Source: a virus. Taken from it: a stretch of DNA of 64,000 nucleotides. The position numbers were made by a program, and so were the translations under genes. The stretch spans positions 1-64,000 of IMG/VR virus record IMGVR_UViG_3300029441_000005. The stretch is one strand, 5' to 3'. The notes below the pieces were generated by a model. The model was given only the letters and a program-made list of their open reading frames with translations. It ran no database searches and was not told the origin of the DNA. The first letter of the stretch is position 1. Every line of letters begins with the position of its first letter. Positions 8,283 through 15,341 of this stretch are shown one piece after another.

Positions 8283-8459
8283 TTAATCCTCGTTATAGAT
8301 ATACAGAATTTGATGGTTCCTATCTAACTCCTTTTCCAAATACTCCCAATGAGTATTGTGGTCTATATGGATATTGACCCTATAATCATCCATTTCTTTG
8401 GGTAATAAATCCAGATAATCTTTCAGATCCTTTACAGTAGTGAATTTTGGTTGTCCCAT
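8283..8459 (-). CDS. hypothetical small protein (below the ORF-track cutoff)
   Basis: 58 codons, MGQPKFTTVKDLKDYLDLLPKEMDDYRVNIHIDHNTHWEYLEKELDRNHQILYIYNED. Its ATG lies 20 nt after promoter P6 and its stop lies 1 nt before the next ATG. Confidence 0.5.
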   Translation of the reverse strand: MGQPKFTTVKDLKDYLDLLPKEMDDYRVNIHIDHNTHWEYLEKELDRNHQILYIYNED

Positions 8460-8479
8460 ACTTATTTTATTTCGTTATG

Positions 8480-8511
8480 CAAATATAATAATTATTATTA
8501 TAATATGCAAA
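8480..8511 (-). promoter_or_regulatory. Bacteroidota-type promoter, early class P6
   Basis: The minus strand reads TTTGCAtattataataataattatTATATTTGcataacg, with a 20-nt spacer. Confidence 0.6.
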
Positions 8512-8544
8512 TCAATTTCAGTGGTGTTGTATAGGTTAGTTCAA

Positions 8545-8577
8545 CAAAGAACCCCGAATCTATATTAGGTTCGGGGT
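8545..8577 (-). terminator. rho-independent terminator
   Basis: 8-bp stem accccgaa/ttcggggt (8551-8577), followed on the minus strand by TCTTTGTT. It lies after the stop of ORF 8608-9150. Confidence 0.55.
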
Positions 8578-8607
8578 AAGAGGTTTCATAAACGATTGCC
8601 TATCGGG

Positions 8608-9150
8608 TTAATCCTCCTCTTTCTTTGTCTTCTTTTTCTTCTTGTCCTTGCCTTCTTTCGAAGGTTTGTCGGCCTTCTTTTCCTTGGCCGACTCTTCTTT
8701 CTTGGGAGCAGCCGCCGGAGCACCTGATGCCAACTCTGCAGCATACTTCTTGCCCTCGGCCTCGGCCTTCTCTTTGGACATGGTCTTCAGAAGAGTACGC
8801 ATCTTCTGACGGTACTTTTTCTTCTGGTCGGAGGTCATCTCCTTGCCGTCCACGGTAGGATAGTCGTAGGCATTTGGGGTACTGGTAACCTTTTCCTTCT
8901 TGGGATGGGCTTCTGGCTTCTGATTCTTTTTAGCCTTCTCTACGGCCTTCTCCTCCGTAGCTGCCCTGGCCTTTTTGTTTCCCAGGTTGATGATGTCTAC
9001 CCAAGCTTGGATTTTCTTTCCATGCTTCTTATGGCCTGTCCAATCTTTCTTGGGGTCGAGATCATTCTCTTCCATGTAGGCCAGCATTTCCTTCTGAGCC
9101 CTGCGTGCTTTCTTTGCGGCCAGGTCTTTCTTGCTGATGTCTTTTGCCAT
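8608..9150 (-). CDS. Lys-rich low-complexity protein
   Basis: 180 aa, GC-richer than its surroundings. Contains the motif YDYP...SDQKKKYRQKMR and a KKKKKTKKEED tail. Confidence 0.6.
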   Translation of the reverse strand: MAKDISKKDLAAKKARRAQKEMLAYMEENDLDPKKDWTGHKKHGKKIQAWVDIINLGNKKARAATEEKAVEKAKKNQKPEAHPKKEKVTSTPNAYDYPTVDGKEMTSDQKKKYRQKMRTLLKTMSKEKAEAEGKKYAAELASGAPAAAPKKEESAKEKKADKPSKEGKDKKKKKTKKEED

Positions 9151-9199
9151 TGTTGTTGAGTTGATTAAATAAAAACTGGTTTGAATTACCTTTGCATGT

Positions 9200-9580
9200 T
9201 TATAGTTTGGTTAAGGAGTTTTTGGTCTGTACTTCCTTTACCTCTGAGATGATTATTTCCATCCCCTGAAGATTTGCCATCAACTTAAGATGGGCAACAG
9301 CATCATCCTGAGAGATATTAGTGTATACAATTCTGTACCTTTCACCAGAATCTTTGTTTTCAAAAGTTATGGTTAAGATGTTTCCATTTGCCAAATCTTC
9401 TATGCGCTTTGCCAGAGATTTTACCTTACCTATTTTTAGGGTTTTATCCTTGATTAAAGCTTGCCTTTTACCGGGAGACAGTCCAGGCATGGATAACCTT
9501 GTATCTATATCCTGAACCATTTTGGTTAGCTCTTTAATCCGATATATCAACCCTTTGACTGAGGAGTTAAATTGTCCCAT
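9200..9580 (-). CDS. hypothetical protein
   Basis: 126-aa ORF. Confidence 0.55.
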   Translation of the reverse strand: MGQFNSSVKGLIYRIKELTKMVQDIDTRLSMPGLSPGKRQALIKDKTLKIGKVKSLAKRIEDLANGNILTITFENKDSGERYRIVYTNISQDDAVAHLKLMANLQGMEIIISEVKEVQTKNSLTKL

Positions 9581-9774
9581 TGAGGTCTTTGAATAGTGGT
9601 GTCATTTCCTATTTTCTGAGCATATTTATCAATCAATTCTTCCGTTCTAGAGATAATATACTCTGTCATCATTCTATTTTCTTCAGAGATATCTTTTTCT
9701 TCCTCTAGTAGCAGCTGATATGATTGTAGCTGATTACATAATGCCAGATATATAATGCTGTCATCGTCTTGCAT
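9547..9774 (-). CDS. hypothetical protein
   Basis: The start was moved to ATG 9774 (MQDDDSIIY...), because the first 20 track codons are the GC-rich terminator hairpin 9791-9828. Confidence 0.45.
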   Translation of the reverse strand: MQDDDSIIYLALCNQLQSYQLLLEEEKDISEENRMMTEYIISRTEELIDKYAQKIGNDTTIQRPQWDNLTPQSKG

Positions 9775-9783
9775 GGCCTTATA

Positions 9784-9830
9784 CAAAAATGGGGAGAACC
9801 CCCGGTCAGATTCCGGATGGGCCTCCCCCC
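9784..9830 (-). terminator. rho-independent terminator (GC-rich compound hairpin)
   Basis: Outer stem ggggag/ctcccc and inner stem ccgg/ccgg, followed on the minus strand by ATTTTTG. It lies after the stop of ORF 9877-10302. Confidence 0.6.
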
Positions 9831-9876
9831 GCATGACTCAAGTAATGATGTCCGAAATGGTTAGGCAGCGTCGAGC

Positions 9877-10302
9877 CTATTCCTCATCGTCTTCGTCCTC
9901 GTCATCCTCGGCATCGGCTGCCTTCCCTTTCTTACCCATGCCGGGCATCTTCGGGACCAGGGTACCGTGCTCTTTCTTGGATTTAACCGATACCCCCGGA
10001 ATGGTGGTATTCGATACGGCGATAACTTTGCCGTCCTTGTCGGTTACGACCGAGGTGATGAGAACTCCGTACTTCCGGACGTTCATAGCGAAGGTCTTTG
10101 CAACGTTGCCGCCGCCCAGGTCGATGATGTCGCACTGTTTGCTGTTCGGTCGCTGACCCGGTGCCCGGTTCTTGAGTCGTTCTTTCATCGCTTCTCGCTT
10201 GGCCTTCTTCTCTTCAGCGGTCAGTTCTTTCTTACCGCCCTTTTTCGTCAATTCCTCTTTCTTTGCAGCTTTTGCTTCTGCTGCCTTTTTCTTAGTTGCC
10301 AT
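9877..10302 (-). CDS. basic N-terminus / acidic C-terminus protein
   Basis: 141 aa, running MATKKKAAEAKAAKKEE... to ...ADAEDDEDEDDEE. The gene is markedly GC-rich. Confidence 0.6.
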   Translation of the reverse strand: MATKKKAAEAKAAKKEELTKKGGKKELTAEEKKAKREAMKERLKNRAPGQRPNSKQCDIIDLGGGNVAKTFAMNVRKYGVLITSVVTDKDGKVIAVSNTTIPGVSVKSKKEHGTLVPKMPGMGKKGKAADAEDDEDEDDEE

Positions 10303-10424
10303 GTTATATTGAATTAGATGGTTTCTTTGATAAGGGAACTCCAGGCTTATTACCCTTGCCTATGGATTTAGTTCTGGATGATTACCTGAAGCTCCCTTGG
10401 ATTTGGTTATAGTCAGAAGGACCC

Positions 10425-10928
10425 TTACTTTTTCTTTTTCTTGGTGTCCTTCTTGGAAGCGGCCTTTGCCTTAGGCAGAGTGATGCCCAGTTCCTTGGCC
10501 ACCGCCTTGCGAAGTTTCTCGACGTCTTCCTCGTCGAATTCATCGGGGTCAGTTTCGAGTTCTTTGTCGTCGCAGAGGTCTTCGAGAGCTTCGAAGTCCA
10601 TCCCGGCCAGATCCTCTGGTGTCACCTCGTCGTCTTCATCTTCGTCCTCGTCGGAATCTTCGTCTTCATCTTCGTCCTCGTCGGAATCTTCGTCTTTGTC
10701 GTCATCGGAATCTTCGTCTTCATCTTCGTCCTCGTCGGAATCTTCGTCCTCGTCGGAATCTTCGTCCTCGTCGGAATCCTCAGATTCCCCGCCGAAGATT
10801 TCCTCGGCGTCTTCTGCCGAGATGGGAGTCAGGAGTGCATAGGAGCCGTCATCGTATTTGATGAGAATTACCCCGTTAGAAAGAACCTTACGTTCTACCT
10901 CTTTTGCTGCAGCTTTTTTCTTTGCCAT
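10425..10928 (-). CDS. hyper-acidic repeat protein with basic termini
   Basis: 167 aa with a central run of about 55 aa of SDEDED-type repeats, and basic termini (MAKKKAAAKE... and ...KKDTKKKKK). The gene is GC-rich. Confidence 0.6.
   Translation of the reverse strand: MAKKKAAAKEVERKVLSNGVILIKYDDGSYALLTPISAEDAEEIFGGESEDSDEDEDSDEDEDSDEDEDEDEDSDDDKDEDSDEDEDEDEDSDEDEDEDDEVTPEDLAGMDFEALEDLCDDKELETDPDEFDEEDVEKLRKAVAKELGITLPKAKAASKKDTKKKKK
10627..10788 (-). repeat. in-frame tandem repeats (18/24/30-nt units) encoding (S)DEDED tracts
   Basis: The plus strand shows tcttcgtcttcatcttcgtcctcgtcggaa three times (the first copy imperfect), a 24-nt variant, and tcttcgtcctcgtcggaa twice, all head to tail. 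Confidence 0.8.
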
Positions 10929-10969
10929 AATTGAATTGATTAAAAGGTGTTTAAAAAATGTTTGATTGA

Positions 10970-11230
10970 TTATAGTTTCGTGATAAACTTTTGAGTATAT
11001 ATCTCTCTGTTTTCTTGGACTGCCATAGCTTTCAAGAATACATTTTTATCCCTGATAGCTTCTACTTTTTGAGTGAACTCATTCTGGTTTTTTACTTCAA
11101 AAGGTTCACCTTCCTGAGTGTATGTATCATCTACTGCATTATCATTTTCGGTATAATACCTTTTGACCCCCACTATGAGTTTTACTCCATCCCATGGGTT
11201 TTCTGGTTCCCTTTTATTTACTACCGTCAT
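10970..11230 (-). CDS. hypothetical protein
   Basis: 86-aa ORF. Confidence 0.5.
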   Translation of the reverse strand: MTVVNKREPENPWDGVKLIVGVKRYYTENDNAVDDTYTQEGEPFEVKNQNEFTQKVEAIRDKNVFLKAMAVQENREIYTQKFITKL

Positions 11231-11769
11231 TTTGCATAACCATTTTTATATGCTGTATAATAGATTCTTGTATATCCTTCCTGTCCTATCCCTGAAAAAG
11301 CTTCACTTATATATCTGTAGCCTTTTTTATTTGCTCGATAATCATGAGCAAAGTGTTCAGGATAGATATAGTGTTCTCCGCATACCTTTTGGTTAGTCAT
11401 TATATAAGCATACCATCCAGTTTTAGTTTTCATCCTGAACTGAGATATTGGTACAAATCCCTGAATTAATAGTTCTTTGAGAATAAACTTCTGTTCAAGT
11501 CTTCTCCTCACCATAGGCATCCCACCCAATCTTCTTAGTACTGCCTTTTGATATTCTGACCAATGTCTTTTAGTCCATTTTATGGAACTGATAACAGAAC
11601 GTTTAGTTATAGCCTTATATGCTAATGCCACTTTTAATTGGTCCCAAGTTAAGTCACTCTTCTTCGTAAAGAGCCTTCTTTCTTTTGGACTCAATCTCTT
11701 TAGCCTTCGATAGCTTAATAAGCTTTTCCGGAATAGGCTTGAGAACAGTTCTATATTCTTTTGTTCCAT
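11227..11769 (-). CDS. basic Tyr/Arg-rich protein
   Basis: 180-aa ORF. Its first 38 codons overlap the upstream gene in another frame, so the start is uncertain. Confidence 0.4.
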   Translation of the reverse strand: MEQKNIELFSSLFRKSLLSYRRLKRLSPKERRLFTKKSDLTWDQLKVALAYKAITKRSVISSIKWTKRHWSEYQKAVLRRLGGMPMVRRRLEQKFILKELLIQGFVPISQFRMKTKTGWYAYIMTNQKVCGEHYIYPEHFAHDYRANKKGYRYISEAFSGIGQEGYTRIYYTAYKNGYAK

Positions 11770-12481
11770 AATTAAACTTATCTACCAAGTTCAAAAAGTA
11801 CTTTTCTTTCTGTTGAGATCCGAGTCTCTTTTTCCGAGCAATTCTTTTCCCTAATTCCCTCTGGGCTGAAGACTTCGAGTTTCGGTATACTTCGGTTAAC
11901 AGTATCTTAGATATTGGCTTCTTCCTTTTCCCAGCAATAAGTAGAGATTGACCTATAACAAACTTCTTCTCTAATGCCGTTTTTCCTTTTATCCAGTGTA
12001 CGGCTTTCAGATTCTCCCTGCCATAATAGGTTAAAAACCTTTTTCTAGCGGCCTTCAATGAATAGAATCCCTGTAATACTACTGCTGGTTCTCCCTTGTA
12101 GTTATAAGACCACGGATACCATTTATGAAGGTAAATCTTGATGTCCCTTTCTTTGATAACCTTTCCAAATCTTCTATGATATTCTCTCCTCCTCTTCTTT
12201 TCCAAGAAATATGCCCTTACATCGGGGGGTAAAGAATCCGGGTCTACTACCCCGTTAATTCTGGTAGCTTCTTTTAGACATTCCCTGTATCTATCCAGAA
12301 AGCGTTTATTCCTTTCCCTATATTTATGAACCTTGATTTTCCCGCAGAGTACTTTCCTTTGCCACTCTTGCTTCATCTTTCGGTTCAATTTTATAACCTG
12401 AGGTGGTACCCATGGAATTCCTAATCTGTAACAGGATTCCTCGAAGTCATCTGCATTTTTAAACCTATAGACTCGTGGCAT
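11654..12481 (-). CDS. basic Arg/Lys/Tyr-rich protein
   Basis: 275-aa ORF. Confidence 0.55.
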   Translation of the reverse strand: MPRVYRFKNADDFEESCYRLGIPWVPPQVIKLNRKMKQEWQRKVLCGKIKVHKYRERNKRFLDRYRECLKEATRINGVVDPDSLPPDVRAYFLEKKRRREYHRRFGKVIKERDIKIYLHKWYPWSYNYKGEPAVVLQGFYSLKAARKRFLTYYGRENLKAVHWIKGKTALEKKFVIGQSLLIAGKRKKPISKILLTEVYRNSKSSAQRELGKRIARKKRLGSQQKEKYFLNLVDKFNYGTKEYRTVLKPIPEKLIKLSKAKEIESKRKKALYEEE

Positions 12482-12487
12482 ATATCT

Positions 12488-13054
12488 CTACTCCTTCTTT
12501 TGTTTACGAAGTGCTGCCCGATACCACTGTTGAATGGATTTCTCTTTGGCATCCGGGAATCTCTTTTGCACTCTCCGAGTAATTCGGTCGATTGATAACC
12601 CTTTATAGGTTAATTCAAATACGTAGGATTTCTTAGTTCCTTTCCAAAGACCATTGTCATCCTTCTCTTTCTTTGGTTTTTTGGGTTTCTCCAACCCCTT
12701 TACCCGTTTGGTCTTTTTCTGTTTAGTGACCGCATCCTCACCTATGAACCCAAGGTTAAGTTGATAATTCCTCATTGGGTCATCTTTGGGATATCCAGCA
12801 AGCTCTAATTGCTGGTCCATCCACTTATCGTATTCATCGATGAGAGCATTATCCGGCTTATTATCCGAATGATGAATCCACGATGCCAGTCCATTGTAGT
12901 CGGCTGAACAAGCATCGGGGAAAGGCATGCCCAGAGCAACTGCTCTTCTCTTCATGTCCTTGTAGGTCATATTTTCTAACCCACTTCCCATGACCTTTAG
13001 CTTCTCCTTGTTGAGCTTTAACGGTCTTTTGTCCTTTTTCTTACTTTTGCGCAT
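12488..13054 (-). CDS. hypothetical basic protein
   Basis: 188-aa ORF, the first gene after promoter P7. Confidence 0.55.
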   Translation of the reverse strand: MRKSKKKDKRPLKLNKEKLKVMGSGLENMTYKDMKRRAVALGMPFPDACSADYNGLASWIHHSDNKPDNALIDEYDKWMDQQLELAGYPKDDPMRNYQLNLGFIGEDAVTKQKKTKRVKGLEKPKKPKKEKDDNGLWKGTKKSYVFELTYKGLSIDRITRRVQKRFPDAKEKSIQQWYRAALRKQKKE

Positions 13055-13094
13055 ATTTATATAGGTATAAAATTATTTTTCTTATTTCGTTATA

Positions 13095-13125
13095 CAAATA
13101 TAATTAAATTTCTCGAAGTTGCAAA
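13095..13125 (-). promoter_or_regulatory. Bacteroidota-type promoter, early class P7
   Basis: The minus strand reads TTTGCAacttcgagaaatttaatTATATTTGtataacg, with a 19-nt spacer. Confidence 0.6.
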
Positions 13126-13142
13126 ATAATTATATAAAAATT

Positions 13143-14072
13143 CTAAGAGTTAGATTTCAAGGTTCTTTTTCTGCGTAACTTATAGGCTGTATCTAGAGTT
13201 TCACAGGTAAAGTCCATATTATTTATTGATTTGTAATTAATAGCTTTCTGTATGACCTCCCTGTATTCCTTCCAGAACTTCAAGCCCCCTTTACTGTCCA
13301 CGGTTTTTTCAAAGTATTGGGTTGCCAATAATCCAAATGTATCTGCAATGGTTTGACTCTCGAATATGTATATTCTCAAATCTGTTATAGCCTTTATTAT
13401 ATCATCCTCGCGTTTGATGGGCATTACTCCATATCCTTCTTCAGGAAAAAGTTCTTCTGATACAATAGCTGTAAAATACCTTCTACTTGAGGGTCCATTT
13501 TTCCAATACTCGGTTATTAACTGCCTTATCTTGAAGTCAGGTATTCTATGTAAGTAAGATAGATATACCTTATCCTTCTTTGTAGACCTCCTTTTATATG
13601 CAGTTGGAGCTTGCAATACTCGGGGCATTATCCTATAATTATTCCACCTATCAAACTCAAGAATCAGAGCATAAAGGTCTTTGTCCCATTTATCCTCTGA
13701 TCCCTTCAGCCTTTTCATATTCTTTATGATACGGGGATTGGTTATAGAATTTAATACCCAAGAAGCATCTCCTGAATGTATTTTAGCTTCTTCTTTGGGT
13801 AGTCTTTTAACCATAGCTCCAAATATGTAATCTCTGAATCTAGGTTCTATGGGAGATTTGGGATTTACTAAAGAAGGATGTAGTTCAAAGTAATCGGAGA
13901 ATAGTTTGAAGAACTTCTCGGCTCTTGCCTTTAATTCTAAGTACTTGTAATGAGACATCTTGAGAATTTCTCCAGCTTCCCAAGTTGATAGGCCTTTGCC
14001 TTCTATAAACATAAGGCTGGCCCTCTCTTGCTCGGTCAAACAATCCCAAGCCAATTCTTGATGTCGTTCCAT
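13143..14072 (-). CDS. HTH protein with sigma-70 region-4/LuxR-like N-terminus
   Basis: The N-terminus LTEQERASLMFIEGKGLSTWEAGEILKMSHYKYLELKARAEKFF follows the region-4 HTH pattern. The remaining 250 aa are unrecognised. Confidence 0.5.
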   Translation of the reverse strand: MERHQELAWDCLTEQERASLMFIEGKGLSTWEAGEILKMSHYKYLELKARAEKFFKLFSDYFELHPSLVNPKSPIEPRFRDYIFGAMVKRLPKEEAKIHSGDASWVLNSITNPRIIKNMKRLKGSEDKWDKDLYALILEFDRWNNYRIMPRVLQAPTAYKRRSTKKDKVYLSYLHRIPDFKIRQLITEYWKNGPSSRRYFTAIVSEELFPEEGYGVMPIKREDDIIKAITDLRIYIFESQTIADTFGLLATQYFEKTVDSKGGLKFWKEYREVIQKAINYKSINNMDFTCETLDTAYKLRRKRTLKSNS

Positions 14073-14073
14073 G

Positions 14074-14784
14074 TTAGTATTGTTTGTTCATTAGAATCTC
14101 TTCGGTACTACCATCGGGAATTTGAGATAAATCTACCTCATAATCAGCTGAGTACATTTTATATTCATCCGATTCGTGATAAGCTGAATAGAGTACATTT
14201 TCCATGGGTACTTCTATCTCTAAACTGCCATCCATTTCAGGGTATATCTTTACCAACATCTTTCTCGTATTTAGATTACTTTCGAGTATTATTGCTGGTA
14301 TTCCCTCAAACGGATATCCCCTTAATACAACGTAATCTCCAATAGCAACACGAGTAATATCATTTACCGAGAATATCTTATTTGCTTTAGACATTCTGCG
14401 ATATTTCTTTACTTCTTCTTTAGTTATGGTGGCTACCATTGAATAATCATCAAAGTCCTCGGCATTATCTACTCTAAGCCTTTTTCTTTTTGGTCTGTAA
14501 TCCAAAGACTTCATAAATGAAAGTATACCTGGGATATCTCTCTTTAGTTTGTTTAAGTAGTATCGGTCAAAAGCTTTTTCGGGCTTCATCTTTATGAACC
14601 CATAGTTGAATAACAATGGTACATCTTCGTACTCATTCTTACCTTTCCTGGACTTCTTAAGTACGCTTATGGTTGGTACTATGGCTTTCACATGTTTATA
14701 CCCCCTACATTTCAAATCAGAATTGATTCTCTTGTAGAATTTCCTGTCAAGCCTGAATATACAGTATACATAGGGGGTCTTCAT
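14074..14784 (-). CDS. NusG/RfaH/UpxY-like transcription elongation (antitermination) factor
   Basis: NGN-like N-terminus (YVYCIF...VKAIVPT...VPLLFNYGFIKM, compare PLFPGYVFV) plus a KOW-like motif (IGDYVVLRGYPFEGIPAIILE). Confidence 0.55.
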   Translation of the reverse strand: MKTPYVYCIFRLDRKFYKRINSDLKCRGYKHVKAIVPTISVLKKSRKGKNEYEDVPLLFNYGFIKMKPEKAFDRYYLNKLKRDIPGILSFMKSLDYRPKRKRLRVDNAEDFDDYSMVATITKEEVKKYRRMSKANKIFSVNDITRVAIGDYVVLRGYPFEGIPAIILESNLNTRKMLVKIYPEMDGSLEIEVPMENVLYSAYHESDEYKMYSADYEVDLSQIPDGSTEEILMNKQY

Positions 14785-14785
14785 A

Positions 14786-15313
14786 TTATTTTAATAATTT
14801 ACGTACATACTTATGTAAATCGCTGTAATCTACCAGTCTCTGTACTTCTCTGAACATATAAACAAAAATATGTATTTTGGGAGTACTTACTTCCATCCGA
14901 GACATTTCGGGAGATTGGGATTTTAAGAAAGAATCTACTTCCTCATTTACCATAAAGAATGCTTCGCCTTTAGGCATAGAATTATACCTCATAATAAGTA
15001 CGGGTATCTTATTAGCTCTTTCAGCATCCCTATTAGCTTGAGTCCAGAAGCTATTTATCTTACAACTCTTCAAACCCAACAGTAAATGTTCAAATTTTAT
15101 ATCCTGGTAACTTTTGCATTCGATAGATAGAGTAAATCTTTTGGCATGCTTTGGGTCAGAGCATACCACATCTGATGATATATTATCGGCTTTTTTCCAT
15201 CTTAATCCCCCACTAGCAGGTGTTCTAGAAAATTCATATCCAGACCAATTTTGGAAAGCTTTACAAACGGATCTCTCAAATCTATTTCCCTTACTTTTAC
15301 TATTCTTTCTCAT
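14786..15313 (-). CDS. Hjc-like PD-(D/E)xK Holliday junction resolvase
   Basis: The N-terminus SKGNRFERSVCKAF...RTPASGG resembles archaeal Hjc KG-x-x-x-ER...SG. An E-x-K motif is present in SIECKS. Confidence 0.55.
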   Translation of the reverse strand: MRKNSKSKGNRFERSVCKAFQNWSGYEFSRTPASGGLRWKKADNISSDVVCSDPKHAKRFTLSIECKSYQDIKFEHLLLGLKSCKINSFWTQANRDAERANKIPVLIMRYNSMPKGEAFFMVNEEVDSFLKSQSPEMSRMEVSTPKIHIFVYMFREVQRLVDYSDLHKYVRKLLK

Positions 15314-15341
15314 GATTTTATACCTTTATGACCAATAGTCA

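Noticed and set aside
10627-10788. Tandem repeats as a possible CRISPR array or VNTR outside genes
   Set aside because: The units are contiguous with no spacers, their lengths are multiples of 3, and they are in frame within a coding gene. This is not a CRISPR array.
9755-10861. Plus-strand ORFs 9755-10156, 9967-10317, 10441-10842 and 10619-10861 (Ser-rich or Arg-rich repeats)
   Set aside because: These are shadow frames of the GC-rich Lys/Asp/Glu repeat genes on the minus strand. The poly-Ser and RRNLR repeats are simply the reverse-complement readings of the GAx/AAG repeats.
11654-11769. Programmed +1 frameshift joining ORFs 11654-12481 and 11227-11769
   Set aside because: No known +1 shifty motif (CUU UGA type or a rare-codon pause) lies at the junction GAA GAG TGA C. 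It is reported only as an unusual overlap.
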